Numbered from the stretch's first letter, positions 32,159-42,940 are shown. The stretch: 64,000 nucleotides of DNA from a candidate division FCPU426 bacterium (GCA_963830915.1 CAWHOE010000057.1:32001-96000), one strand, 5' to 3'. Made by a program: numbers and translations. The notes: generated from the sequence alone by a model not told the origin.

Positions 32159-32251
32159 TCCAAATTCCCGCTTCGCGATGTGGGTCCAATCAGATTAAGC
32201 AATATTTAGTGATAAAATAAAGGGAGTTTTCGACTTCCGTAACGAAATTGG

Positions 32252-34765
32252 ATGAACCCAATGAAACCCAAATTATATTTGGCCTTGATATTTTTTCTGG
32301 CCCTCCCTTTTTTCTTGTCCGGTTTCGGACCATCAAGGAAAAGCCCCTCCATTACCGCTCCCAATTCCCGACTTCATCTCGATTCAAAATACGGTCAACT
32401 GCCTTTGGCCTTCGAGCCCAACCTGGGCCAAACCGATACCTCCGTGAGGTTTACCGCCCGGGGAAAGGGCTACGCCTTGTATCTGACCCCCGCTGAAGTT
32501 GTCTTGAGGTTGAAGAGACCGCCCGCGAAAATATTGAAGGTTGGAACGCCCAAAAATACGAATATCCAACTTGAATCATCCGGGTCCGATATTGTTCGTA
32601 TTCGCCTGGAGGGGGGGAACCGCTTGTGCCGTATGGAAGGGCAGGGAAAATTGGCCAGCATGTCCAATTATTTTGTCGGCCCGGACCCAGAAAAGTGGCG
32701 CAAGGGTGTGGCACAGTACGCCCAAGTCAAAATGGAAGAAGTCTATCCGGGCATCGACATGGTTTATTACGGCGACCAGGGGAGATTGGAATATGACTTC
32801 GTGGTTAAGCCTGGTGCCGATCCCCAAAAAATACGCCTGAGAGTTTCCGGTACCAACGATATAAGGATCGAGTCGAACGGTTATTTGGCCCTTCGAACTA
32901 AGCACGGGAATCTCGATTTCCACGCGCCGGTCCTTTACCAGGGGGATGGAAACCGTAAAACAATCATCCAGGGATGTTTCGAGAAATGCGGCAAGCATGA
33001 AGTGGGTTTCGCGGTGAAAGGATATGACGCGTCAAAACCTCTCGTGATCGATCCGCCCCTGGTTTACTCCACTTACCTGGGAGGGACCAATTTGGAACAG
33101 GCCAACGGCATCGCGGTGGATGGGTCCGGGTTCGCCTATGTGACGGGATATACCCAGAGCCTGGACTTTCCGACAACCGGCGGGGCTTACCAGACGGCCT
33201 TTGACGGGACTACTAACGATACCTTTGTCACGAAAGTGAACCAAGCGGGCACGGCCCTGGTTTATTCCACCTACCTGGGGGGAAGCGGGAACGACTGCGG
33301 CAATAGCATAGCGGTGGATGGGGCCGGGGAAGCCTATGTGACTGGCTGGACTCACGGGTCTTTTCCCACGACCCCCGGGGCTTACCAGACGGTTTATGGG
33401 GGGGGCCAGGACTCGTTCATCACGAAACTGAACGCCTCCGGAAGCGCGCTGGTTTACTCAACTTATTTGGGAGGAGCGGGCCAGGATATCGGATACGGTA
33501 TCGCTTTGGACGGGGCCGGCAACGCTTATGTGACAGGGATAACCAGCGGGTCTTTTCCCACGACCCCCGGGGCTTACCAGACGGTTTATGGGGGGTTGGG
33601 AGACGCCTTCATCACGAAAATGAACGCCGCGGGAAGCGCTTTGATCTATTCCACCTACCTGGGGGGGAGTGGGGCCGAAACGAATACAAGTTTAGCGGTG
33701 GATGGGTCCGGAAACGTCTATGTGACGGGATCAACAACCGGGTTTTTCCCAACGACCGCCGGTGCCTACCAGACGGTAGTTGGCGCAACTGGATCTCTTT
33801 TCATCACCAAGTTGAATAGCGCGGGTACGGCGCTGGTTTACTCAACCTACCTGGGGGGGAGCTCCATGATTGTCACGAGTTTTGACAACGGCATCGCGGT
33901 AGATGGGGCAGGAAACGCCTATGTGACCGGTACTGTTTTTGGAAGTTTTCCGACTACCCCGGGAGCCTTTCAAACCTTTTTCGGAGGTGGTACGGACGAT
34001 GTTTTCGTAACCAAACTCAATTCTTCCGGAGGCGCTTTGGCCTATTCCACCTATCTGGGAGGATCGGATTTTGACATAGCCGCTGGGATCTCGGTGGATG
34101 GGGCTGGAAACTGTTTTGTAACGGGTTGGACTAGGAGCTTTAATTTTCCAACCACTGCCGGAGCTTTCCAACCAACACCACCTGGCGGGGCCTATGATGG
34201 CTTCGTGACAGAACTGAACGACGCCGGGAACGCGTTGGTTTACTCTACTTATTTGGGGGGGAATAGTTCGGACAGGGTCCTCGGCATCGCTTTGGATAAC
34301 ATGGGTAGCTTTTACGTGACTGGGGCGACGAACAGCACGAATTTTCCGACAACCGCGGGAGCCCCCCAGACGATGTTCGATGGGGGAATTACGGACGCAT
34401 TCGTGGCAAAGTTCGGCCTATTCGTCCTGACGGCCACCCCAACCCCGACCAATACTTCCACTTCAACCTGCCAAGCCACTCTTAATGTTTCGCAGAACCT
34501 CTTTCGCCTCCAGGCTGGTGGCCAGGCGGCTTTGACCTTGGTCGGCACGCTATGCAGCCCCGGAAATTGCTCCGTGAAGATCTATAACAGCGCCGGGGAG
34601 CATATCCAGACCCTGGTCGATCATCCCCATCAACCAGCGGGAAGCTTTCAAACGACCTGGGATGGTAAAAATAAAAACGGCGCCCAGGTGGCCAGCGGGG
34701 TTTATATCCTGCGCATGGTGGAACCCTTGGGCATTCTTCAGGCCCGTGTAGCGGTGATCCATTGA
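32252..34765 (+). CDS. SBBP beta-propeller repeat protein with FlgD-like C-terminal domain
   Basis: LPLAFEPNLGQ, YPGID..YYG, LVIDP, repeats LVYSTYLGG...IAVDG.G.AYVTG...FPTT.GAYQT; WDGKN..G..VASGVY. Confidence 0.9.
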   Translation: MNPMKPKLYLALIFFLALPFFLSGFGPSRKSPSITAPNSRLHLDSKYGQLPLAFEPNLGQTDTSVRFTARGKGYALYLTPAEVVLRLKRPPAKILKVGTPKNTNIQLESSGSDIVRIRLEGGNRLCRMEGQGKLASMSNYFVGPDPEKWRKGVAQYAQVKMEEVYPGIDMVYYGDQGRLEYDFVVKPGADPQKIRLRVSGTNDIRIESNGYLALRTKHGNLDFHAPVLYQGDGNRKTIIQGCFEKCGKHEVGFAVKGYDASKPLVIDPPLVYSTYLGGTNLEQANGIAVDGSGFAYVTGYTQSLDFPTTGGAYQTAFDGTTNDTFVTKVNQAGTALVYSTYLGGSGNDCGNSIAVDGAGEAYVTGWTHGSFPTTPGAYQTVYGGGQDSFITKLNASGSALVYSTYLGGAGQDIGYGIALDGAGNAYVTGITSGSFPTTPGAYQTVYGGLGDAFITKMNAAGSALIYSTYLGGSGAETNTSLAVDGSGNVYVTGSTTGFFPTTAGAYQTVVGATGSLFITKLNSAGTALVYSTYLGGSSMIVTSFDNGIAVDGAGNAYVTGTVFGSFPTTPGAFQTFFGGGTDDVFVTKLNSSGGALAYSTYLGGSDFDIAAGISVDGAGNCFVTGWTRSFNFPTTAGAFQPTPPGGAYDGFVTELNDAGNALVYSTYLGGNSSDRVLGIALDNMGSFYVTGATNSTNFPTTAGAPQTMFDGGITDAFVAKFGLFVLTATPTPTNTSTSTCQATLNVSQNLFRLQAGGQAALTLVGTLCSPGNCSVKIYNSAGEHIQTLVDHPHQPAGSFQTTWDGKNKNGAQVASGVYILRMVEPLGILQARVAVIH

Positions 34766-34966
34766 GCTGGTATAGGACTTGGAATCTTCCGGACCGCAGC
34801 GATGGGCAGGGCTTCGATGAACTCAGGGCAAGTGTATTGAACAAAAAAATAAAAAAGAATTCGCGGGTAATTCATAGGAAATAATCGCTGCTTTTCAAAT
34901 AGGGCGCCTATTACGACCGTCTTATAATGTTCCTGTTATTAAAACCGTTATATAAGGAGTCGAACT

Positions 34967-36115
34967 ATGAGAAACAGTCTTTTGTACCTGTCCTGCTTTT
35001 TCCTGTTCCTGCCTTTGACCCTCCAAGCTTATACGGCCGCCGATTATTACAAACCGGCCGTCCAATACTACCAACAAGGTCTGTACGATAAGGCTATCCA
35101 GGAATGCCAATACGCCCTCCAGATGGACCCCAACTATTGGCAGGCCTATCAACTGATGGGTTACTGTTATTTCAAACAAAAAGATAATGACCGCTCGATC
35201 CAAAACATCGACTTGAGCCTAAAACTTCATCCTGATAATCCCGTCCTCTATCAATTCGAGGTAAGTGTCAAAGCCCAGGTCGCGAGCACCCCGACGGCTG
35301 TGCCCCAAACGGCGGCTGGTAATGAATTGCCGATCTCCCCGGACTCATCCACCGGTTCAGTGCCGCTACCCACCAACACAAGTCAGCAAGCCCAGACCAA
35401 TCCGGCCCCCGAAGCCTCTAACGCCCCGCCTTTGCCCAGCAACCTCGCCCAGTCCCCTCAAGGGGAAGCCGGTGTAAATCCCAATCTTCCCAAAAAAGGG
35501 GAGATCGTTTTTGAAATTGGGGATTCGGATTGGATCGGCGGTTGGACCGACATTTCGAACCTGTTCGGGACCGGCGTCGATTCCACCCAGAACCCAATCG
35601 GCGTGAAGATCAGCGCGGGCGCGGCCTACGCCATATCGCCCAATTTCCAAATAGGCGCGAAGATCCAATACATGCTCAAGCAACCCATGAGCGTCACGGA
35701 CGAGGTTATGGCTTACACTTTCAGCGAGAACGCCATGGGTGGCGCGCTCGAGGCTGAAGCCGTATTCCCGATTAAGGACGGCATCAATTTCATCGGCGGG
35801 CTGGAAGGCGGGTTTTATACGTTGGTGGGCTCGTCCATATCCGGGACGGGAGTGGTCCAGGGGTGGGGAAATATCAACGCCTCCTCGCCTGGAGGGATGG
35901 TTACCGCGGGGGTCGAGTTATTGATGAACCAACAGAAAAGTTGGGCGTTGGATCTGGGGGTGGACTACCAGTTCTTATCATTCTCTCCCATCACTGGAAT
36001 ACCTACAGTCAACGGCCAAAGTTATTCCTCCGTGACGCTCAAGAACGCCGATGGTTCTAACGCTTCTTTTGATTTTTCAGGCCCAGGCCTTTTCATCGCG
36101 GCTAGATTCTTTTGA
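34967..36115 (+). CDS. Exported TPR + Pro-rich linker + beta-barrel-like protein
   Basis: AAGGAG RBS, signal peptide, TPR (ALQMDPNYWQAY), C-terminal FF. Confidence 0.7.
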   Translation: MRNSLLYLSCFFLFLPLTLQAYTAADYYKPAVQYYQQGLYDKAIQECQYALQMDPNYWQAYQLMGYCYFKQKDNDRSIQNIDLSLKLHPDNPVLYQFEVSVKAQVASTPTAVPQTAAGNELPISPDSSTGSVPLPTNTSQQAQTNPAPEASNAPPLPSNLAQSPQGEAGVNPNLPKKGEIVFEIGDSDWIGGWTDISNLFGTGVDSTQNPIGVKISAGAAYAISPNFQIGAKIQYMLKQPMSVTDEVMAYTFSENAMGGALEAEAVFPIKDGINFIGGLEGGFYTLVGSSISGTGVVQGWGNINASSPGGMVTAGVELLMNQQKSWALDLGVDYQFLSFSPITGIPTVNGQSYSSVTLKNADGSNASFDFSGPGLFIAARFF

Positions 36116-36172
36116 TCCGTCTTTTTTGACGCATTAACTTAGTCCACGAAAGCTGTGCCCTATGGAGGCAAT

Positions 36173-36472
36173 ATGTTGGGAAACCCTGTGATCGCTGGGA
36201 TTTTGTCGCTTGTTGTCCCCGGTTTAGGACAGATCTATAAAGGCCGGCCCTTGGAAGGCGCGGCCATTCTCGCCGCCGCGATCGTGATAGGGAACCTGAA
36301 CATCATCATCTTGCCCTTGATCGCCATGGCGAATAAGGAAACCCCTCCCCGTAAGAAGACCCCGCGGGCCATTTGGGCCTATTGGATACCGAGGGTAGTC
36401 CATGATGTTTTATCCTTTTGGAGCATCGTATTCTGGATTTGGGTGGTCTTTGACGCTGTTTTCACTCCATGA
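36173..36472 (+). CDS. Small membrane protein (PGLGQIY motif)
   Basis: NPVIAGILSLVVPGLGQIY.G; GGAGG RBS. Confidence 0.7.
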   Translation: MLGNPVIAGILSLVVPGLGQIYKGRPLEGAAILAAAIVIGNLNIIILPLIAMANKETPPRKKTPRAIWAYWIPRVVHDVLSFWSIVFWIWVVFDAVFTP

Positions 36473-36654
36473 CGCATCGTTAATTTGAAATTGAGGAATG
36501 TATAAACTATTTTTATCGATCTTTTTCATCGGCGGGTTGGGGCCGGGCTCATGGCCCAACATGACGAACGCCACGAAAATAACCTGGTGGGGATCACTCT
36601 GGCCGAGGGATTGCGTATTTGAACCTTGATCAATGACCAGGCACTTGATCATCC

Positions 36655-36753
36655 GCCTTCATATTTTGCGTGGCTGTTTTTTACGGAAACACCTGATCCA
36701 TTGCCACCCGCCAATTTTTTCCACGGAATAAATCCTTCTATAAATAGGGAACC
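36655..36753 (+). repeat. Array junction repeat R5 (spacer internally deleted)
   Basis: gccttcat...gcgtggctgttttttacggaaacacctgatccattg + cacccgcc + ttttccacGGAATAAAT(36725)..tagggaacc. Confidence 0.85.
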
Positions 36754-36840
36754 GTATACAGAAGGCTCGGTTAAAATGCCGGCACACTTTTGGCTTTAAA
36801 CGTGTTAATTTCGTTCGTCAATAAATGCCTGGGGGAATCG

Positions 36841-37523
36841 ATGCATCCTAACGACAAATTTCTTGCCCGTCTTATCGCCGCGCTTTTCGTGCTCACCATG
36901 GTCATGGGAATGATCGACGCTTACGTCGCGGCTCCCATATTGCAGGGACCGCTGGAAGCTATTCACGAGAGGGGCTCGGCCGTCCTTTTGGGCGGACTGA
37001 TGCGCCTGTTCATGGCCATTGGCGTGGTGGGTATCGCCCTCGCCTTTATGCCAGTGGTCCGCAGGTACAACGAAACCATCGCCTTTTCTTACGTGGCCTT
37101 CCGAACGATCGAGGGCGCGCTACTTGCTCTTGGGGTCTGTGGACACGTTTCTTGATCGGCTTAAGCCGCCGATACACCGGCGCGCCTGGGGATGGGGTAT
37201 ACCTCGCCATGGCGGAAGGGGCCAACAGTTTCACCCGCACCACCTACCAAATGGCGATGGTCATTCTTGGAATTGGCAGTGTTTTACTTTGCTGGTCGCT
37301 CTTTCGAAGCAGGCTCATTCCCGCTTGGATCGCGGGTCTTGGCATCGTGGGTTATGTTTTGCTGTTCTCGAGCGCCGTATTGGATCTCCTGGGGATCGTG
37401 GACACGCTCAACGGAGCTGGCGCGATGATGTATGTCCCGGGCGGGATCTTCGAGCTCTTCGTCCTGCCTATGTGGTTGTGGTTCTGGGGTTTCAATACCG
37501 CGTCGGTTAAGAAAGCCACCTAA
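36841..37523 (+). pseudogene. DUF4386-like membrane protein, -1 frameshift near 37150
   Basis: A..YV.FR.IEG and LFRSRLIP.WI...G..GY...PGG.FEL motifs split over two frames at gtttcttgatc. Confidence 0.7.
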
Positions 37524-37597
37524 AACGCTATTACCAATTTCCAGGAATATAAAAAAGGGGGACGAGCTTGAGTTCCCTCGTGAAAAGGGCCCTGCCT

Positions 37598-37675
37598 CAA
37601 AACCTGATCCATTAACCCTCGCCCTTCTTTTCCACGGAATAAATCACCCTTTTGAAGTCATATAGATAGGGTATC
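37598..37675 (+). repeat. Array junction repeat R6
   Basis: aaaacctgatccattaa + ttttccacGGAATA(37636)-N15-GTCATATAgataggg. Confidence 0.8.
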
Positions 37676-37851
37676 CGTCCGTCAGATGCTCGGTATTCGC
37701 ATCCCGTATCAAGATCAAGAGTTACCCTGGACGATCCAGGGACTGAAGAAAGGTATAATTTTCCTCAATATCCGAAGAAAGTTTGGATTAAATAGGCCCT
37801 TATCCGTCTAGAGTTTGAACAAGGTGAGACAATGTAGTGAAGGCTCTAGAT

Positions 37852-39015
37852 ATGAATCGTAAACCTATATCAAAATCTGTTTTATTCACGGCCTTGTATA
37901 GCCTTTTGCTTGGCTGCTTTTGCCTGCATGGTCTTGGCTGCTCTAAAATCCCACCCACCACTCCACCTAGACCTTCGATCATTGATACTTTTACCTTCAG
38001 TCCCACCATGACTTTGACCAATACTCCTATTAACACATCAACGATCACACCAACGGCTACTTCAACCATAACAAAAACTTTTACCGCCATTAATACCGTC
38101 ATTTTTACTTCAACTTCTTCCAACACACCCAGCGGTCCGATCGCTACACCCAGTCCGACCATGTCCTATACCCCCACGAACACCGCTACTTCCATCGCGA
38201 CCGCTTTGGATACGGCCCCCGCGCTCAATCTAAGTTCCGGGGTCACGACACTGACCACGGGCATTTACTATTTCAGCTGTGTTCACATCAGCGCCGGGGC
38301 GGTGGTGACCATCTCAGGCGGGGTGACCATCATGACCGAATGTTTCACACTGGACGCAGGGGCTACGATCACGGGGATCGGAAATGGCTATCAACCGAAT
38401 GGTCCTACTTATGGACCTGGAGAAGGTGAAGCGGTTTTCATGTTCGCTACTTGGCCCATCAGTGGCGGCGCGGGCCACGGGGGAGCGGGCGCGACCGATC
38501 ACGACTTTAATTGTATGCTGGCTTCCGGCGGTCCCGCGAACGATGACCCAGTCCATCCATCACAGATGGGGAGCGCGTCTTTACCCGATTGCTTTGGGTC
38601 AACCACAGGCGGCGGTGGCGCCTTGTTGCAAATCGTTGTCTATAATCCTACGGCCAATATTTTGTCCGGTCCGGCCACCATTAACGGAACGATCGATATG
38701 AGTGGGTTGCAAGGTGGCTGTCCGGTCGATGGAGCACAAGGCGGAGGAGCTGGTGGAACAATTTTAATTGAAGCCAACATTATTTCTGGGGGCGGGGTAT
38801 TAAACGCGAATGGCGCGAAATCCGCAGGCGGTTCGGGAGGAGGCGGCGGTGGCGGTATTATTTCGCTGATCGAAAATGAAACATCTTTTCCGGGAACCAT
38901 TTCGGTGGCGGGAGGGGACGGCGAGGGAAATCATACCTCAGGATGCATTCCACCTTCAAATTTAGGATCTAATGGCATTGTGACCTTCACGGCGGCTCCC
39001 ACTAGCGGATATTAA
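37852..39015 (+). CDS. Thr-stalk, Gly/Cys-rich lipoprotein, paralog 1 of 4
   Basis: LGC lipobox; shared TALDTAPALNLSSG...CFTLDAG block; GGAGHGG, GGGAGGTI. Confidence 0.8.
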   Translation: MNRKPISKSVLFTALYSLLLGCFCLHGLGCSKIPPTTPPRPSIIDTFTFSPTMTLTNTPINTSTITPTATSTITKTFTAINTVIFTSTSSNTPSGPIATPSPTMSYTPTNTATSIATALDTAPALNLSSGVTTLTTGIYYFSCVHISAGAVVTISGGVTIMTECFTLDAGATITGIGNGYQPNGPTYGPGEGEAVFMFATWPISGGAGHGGAGATDHDFNCMLASGGPANDDPVHPSQMGSASLPDCFGSTTGGGGALLQIVVYNPTANILSGPATINGTIDMSGLQGGCPVDGAQGGGAGGTILIEANIISGGGVLNANGAKSAGGSGGGGGGGIISLIENETSFPGTISVAGGDGEGNHTSGCIPPSNLGSNGIVTFTAAPTSGY

Positions 39016-39027
39016 AGAGGCTCTCGT

Positions 39028-40338
39028 ATGAATCAAAAACATATATCTCAACTAATCTTATGCCTAACCTTTTTCGGTCTTGTTCTTGGCTGTTCCCGCA
39101 CCATTACAAACCCGGATTCACCCAGACTGCCAGCCGTTGACACTCCAACGTTCACTCCAACTTCGTCTTTCACCAATACTCCTATCAACACCCCAACTTA
39201 TACCCCGACCAAAACATGGACGCCACCATTCACCGCCACCTCAACCTTTACTTGGACAATGACCTCCACAAATACTTATATTCCGACCTCCACCTACACT
39301 CCTGTGAACACCTCCACAAATACACCGCCTTCATATACAGCAACACCAACTTCTACAAATACTTTCACTTCCACTAAAACCAACACCTATTCGCCAACCA
39401 CTACCTTCACGTTTACCAATTCCATGACCTCCACTTCTACGATCACGCCGAGCAGTCCAACCCCGACACCCAGTCCTACCATGTCCTATACCCCCACGAA
39501 CACCGCTACTTCCATCGCGACCGCTTTGGATACGGCCCCCGCGCTCAATCTAAGTTCCGGGGTCACGACACTGACCACGGGCATTTACTATTTCAGCTGT
39601 GTTCACATCAGCGCCGGGGCGGTGGTGACCATCTCAGGCGGGGTGACCATCATGACCGAATGTTTCACACTGGACGCAGGGGCTACGATCACGGGGCTTG
39701 GAAATGGCTATCAATCAAACGGGAGTAATTATGGGCCGGGAGAAGGTACGGAAGTTTATTTCTTTTCTGATTGGCCCCTCAGCAGCGGTGCGGGACATGG
39801 TGGGGCAGGTGGGACCGATCACGACCTTAATTGTGTATTAGCTCCCGGAGGACCCGCGACCGATGACCCAATCCATCCAACACAGATGGGAAGCGCTTCG
39901 GTCGAGAATTGCACTGGAATAACAGCGGGTGGCGGCGGCGCATTGCTTCAAATCGTCGTCTATGATCCTATCGCCAATATCCTGACAGGACCGGCAACCA
40001 TTAATGGAACGATCGATATGAGCGCAAAAAGCGGTTCCTGTCCAATAGTAGAGGGCGCGGATGGTGGAGGAGCAGGAGGAACTATCCTTATTGAGGCCAA
40101 CATTATTTCCGGAAATGGGTTTTTAATCGCGAACGGCGCTGGTTCTATGGGCACTTCCGGTGCCGGCGGAGGCGGAGGTATTATTTCGTTGATCGAAAAT
40201 CAAACAACTTTTCCCGGGACCATTAGAGTTTTGGGAATGCCTGGATCGAGAAATGCAACCTCGGGATGTATTCCACCTTCAACCGATGGAGCCAATGGCA
40301 TTGTGACCTTCACGGCGGCTCCCAGTAGCGGATATTAA
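39028..40338 (+). CDS. Thr-stalk, Gly/Cys-rich lipoprotein, paralog 2 of 4
   Basis: Same architecture; central block DNA-identical to paralog 1. Confidence 0.8.
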   Translation: MNQKHISQLILCLTFFGLVLGCSRTITNPDSPRLPAVDTPTFTPTSSFTNTPINTPTYTPTKTWTPPFTATSTFTWTMTSTNTYIPTSTYTPVNTSTNTPPSYTATPTSTNTFTSTKTNTYSPTTTFTFTNSMTSTSTITPSSPTPTPSPTMSYTPTNTATSIATALDTAPALNLSSGVTTLTTGIYYFSCVHISAGAVVTISGGVTIMTECFTLDAGATITGLGNGYQSNGSNYGPGEGTEVYFFSDWPLSSGAGHGGAGGTDHDLNCVLAPGGPATDDPIHPTQMGSASVENCTGITAGGGGALLQIVVYDPIANILTGPATINGTIDMSAKSGSCPIVEGADGGGAGGTILIEANIISGNGFLIANGAGSMGTSGAGGGGGIISLIENQTTFPGTIRVLGMPGSRNATSGCIPPSTDGANGIVTFTAAPSSGY

Positions 40339-40350
40339 AGAGGCTCTCGA

Positions 40351-41499
40351 ATGAATCAAAAACATATATCTCAACTGGTCCTATTCCTGGTCCTTTACGG
40401 TCTGATTTTCGGCTGTTCCAGAATTCCTACCCCCATTACACCGAAACTACCGACCATCGATACTCCTACCTTCACTCCCACAATGACTTTCACCAATACT
40501 CCTATCAACACCTCGACTGGTTCACCAACACCAACTGCTACCCAAACCTATACAAAAACAACAACCTCCACCAATACCATGACCTCCACTTCGACGATCA
40601 CGCCGAGCAGTCCCACCGCTACACCCAGTCCTACCATGTCCTATACCCCCGCGAACACCGCTACTTCTATCGCGACTGCTTTGGATACGGCCCCCGCTTT
40701 CAATTTAAGCTCCGGCGTCACAACTCTGACCACGGGCATTTACTATTTCAGTTGTGTGCACATTAGCGCGGGGGCGGTGGTGACTATCGCTGGATCTGTA
40801 ACCATCATAACCGAATGTTTCACCCTGGACGCGGGGACGACGATCACGGGAGTAGGGGAAGGATATTCACCCCCGGGTGCGATATGTCCTTCTTCTACTT
40901 ATGGTGGCGGACCAGGCACAGGCGGGGACGCTGGCAATGGTTTTTGCGGAGCTTTATGTGACGGTGGTGGCCATGGGGGCAAGGGGGGATATTTCTGTTT
41001 TTACGATGTTGGCGATGCCGTCTCATGTTGCACCAATCCTGGAGGTGCCGCGAATGACGACCCCATCCATCCATCACAGATGGGAAGCGCTGGTGGATGG
41101 CCTATGGACGCAACGTCATCTTGCACACAGGGCGAGGATTACGGCGGCGGTCTATTACAAGTGGTCGTTTACAACCCAACCACTAACAATCTCCAGCCAG
41201 CCACCATTAACGGAACCATCGATATGAGCGGTTCAAACACGATCGTTTTTGGGATGGATATGGAACCGGGGGGCGCAGGGGCAGGGGGAACCATCTTAGT
41301 GGAAGCAAGCACTACAACCGGTTCAGGAACTCTTATGGCCAATGGCGGGAATGGCGGAGGAGCAGGAGGCGGCGGCGGGATCATCTCGATGATCTGCGAC
41401 ACAACCTCTTTCACTGGCACAACATCGGTAAATGGAGGGGCTAACAACGCCCAAAATGGCATCGTCAGCAAGACCGCCCCACCATCCAGCGGGTATTAA
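40351..41499 (+). CDS. Thr-stalk, Gly/Cys-rich lipoprotein, paralog 3 of 4
   Basis: FGC lipobox; same architecture. Confidence 0.8.
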   Translation: MNQKHISQLVLFLVLYGLIFGCSRIPTPITPKLPTIDTPTFTPTMTFTNTPINTSTGSPTPTATQTYTKTTTSTNTMTSTSTITPSSPTATPSPTMSYTPANTATSIATALDTAPAFNLSSGVTTLTTGIYYFSCVHISAGAVVTIAGSVTIITECFTLDAGTTITGVGEGYSPPGAICPSSTYGGGPGTGGDAGNGFCGALCDGGGHGGKGGYFCFYDVGDAVSCCTNPGGAANDDPIHPSQMGSAGGWPMDATSSCTQGEDYGGGLLQVVVYNPTTNNLQPATINGTIDMSGSNTIVFGMDMEPGGAGAGGTILVEASTTTGSGTLMANGGNGGGAGGGGGIISMICDTTSFTGTTSVNGGANNAQNGIVSKTAPPSSGY

Positions 41500-41512
41500 A
41501 AGAGGCTCTCGT

Positions 41513-42658
41513 ATGAATCAAAAACTTTTATCTCAACTGGTCCTATTCCTGGTCCTTTACGTTCTGGTTTTCGGCTGTTCCAGAATTCCTACCCCCATTA
41601 CACCGAAACTACCGACCATCGATACTCCTACCTTCACCCCAACTTTGTCTTTCACCAATACTCCTATCAACACCTCGACTGGTTCACCAACACCAACTGC
41701 TACCCAAACCTATACAAAAACAACAACCTCCACCAATACCATGACCTCCACTTCGACGATCACGCCGAGCAGTCCCACCGCTACACCCAGTCCGACCTTA
41801 TCCTTTACCCCCGCGAACACCGCTACTTCTATCGCGACTGCTTTGGATACAGCGCCCGCTTTCAATTTAAGTTCCGGGGTCACAACGCTGACCACGGGCA
41901 TTTATTATTTCAGCTGTGTACATATCAGCGCGGGGGCGGTGGTGACCATCTCAGGCGGGGTGACCATCATGACCGAATGTTTCACCCTGGACGCGGGGGC
42001 AACGATCACGGGCGTTGGGCAAGGCTTTGCGCCAAGTGGAGCATTTTGTCCACCGTCATCCTATGTCGGCGGTCCTGGTGCTGGATGGGATAACGGCAAT
42101 GGAACTTGTGGCGCCTTATGCGATGGCGGTGGTCATGGAGGAACGGGTGGATTTGTATGTTATTACGACTCAAGCGCTGGATGCACATGTTGTACTTTTC
42201 CAGGAGGTCCCGCCAACGACGATCCCATCCATCCGGCTTTTATGGGAAGCGCTGGGGGTTGGCCTAGGGACGCCTCGACTTTGTGCGCGCCGCCTGATGA
42301 TTACGGTGGCGGTCTATTCCAAGTAGTCGTTTACAACCCAACCACTAACAATCTCCAACCAGCCACCATCAACGGAACCATCGATATGAGCGGTTCAAAC
42401 ACGATCGTTTTTGGGATGGATATGGAACCGGGAGGAGAGGGTGCGGGTGGGACTATTTTGGTAGAAGCGAGTTCACTGATCGGAACAGGTTTTTTGGCGG
42501 CCAAAGGCGGGCAAGGCGGTGGGGTTGGAGGAGGAGGCGGGATCATATCCTTGATCACTGATTCATCCACCTTCACAGGGACCATCTCGGTGATAGGGGG
42601 AGGGGCCGGCCAAATTGGCATCGTCAGCAAGACCGCCCCACCATCCAGCGGGTATTAA
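41513..42658 (+). CDS. Thr-stalk, Gly/Cys-rich lipoprotein, paralog 4 of 4
   Basis: N-terminus nearly identical to paralog 3; same agaggctctcg RBS junction. Confidence 0.8.
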   Translation: MNQKLLSQLVLFLVLYVLVFGCSRIPTPITPKLPTIDTPTFTPTLSFTNTPINTSTGSPTPTATQTYTKTTTSTNTMTSTSTITPSSPTATPSPTLSFTPANTATSIATALDTAPAFNLSSGVTTLTTGIYYFSCVHISAGAVVTISGGVTIMTECFTLDAGATITGVGQGFAPSGAFCPPSSYVGGPGAGWDNGNGTCGALCDGGGHGGTGGFVCYYDSSAGCTCCTFPGGPANDDPIHPAFMGSAGGWPRDASTLCAPPDDYGGGLFQVVVYNPTTNNLQPATINGTIDMSGSNTIVFGMDMEPGGEGAGGTILVEASSLIGTGFLAAKGGQGGGVGGGGGIISLITDSSTFTGTISVIGGGAGQIGIVSKTAPPSSGY

Positions 42659-42760
42659 AAGGGACTCAAAAATTGAAAGGGAACAATGCTGGTTCCTCTT
42701 TAGTGAATAACCGAACCTTTGATCCGATCATCCAATTAAACAAAGGCAGTTCGCCACATT

Positions 42761-42809
42761 ACTTTACCTTGAAATAAATCCCCCTTTTGAAGTCATTTAG
42801 ATAGGGAAC
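42761..42809 (+). repeat. Array junction repeat R7
   Basis: GAAATAAATccccctttt-gaaGTCATTTAgatagggaac. Confidence 0.7.
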
Positions 42810-42940
42810 TGGCCAACACGTCCGGCCTTGAAAGGGCCGGCCATCCACAAAGTACTATAATTACATTAATTATCTAGATTATATTGATGGGGCGCTCATC
42901 CAGGTAACGGTCGAGTATTCATGGTTCGGGGGAAAACTGA

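Noticed and set aside
34871..34930. Additional junction repeat (ggaaataatc...cgtcttataat)
   Set aside because: The two half-motifs are far more than 16 nt apart; too degenerate to count
37852..42658. Diversity-generating retroelement targets
   Set aside because: No reverse transcriptase or non-coding template repeat; differences include indels and all base types
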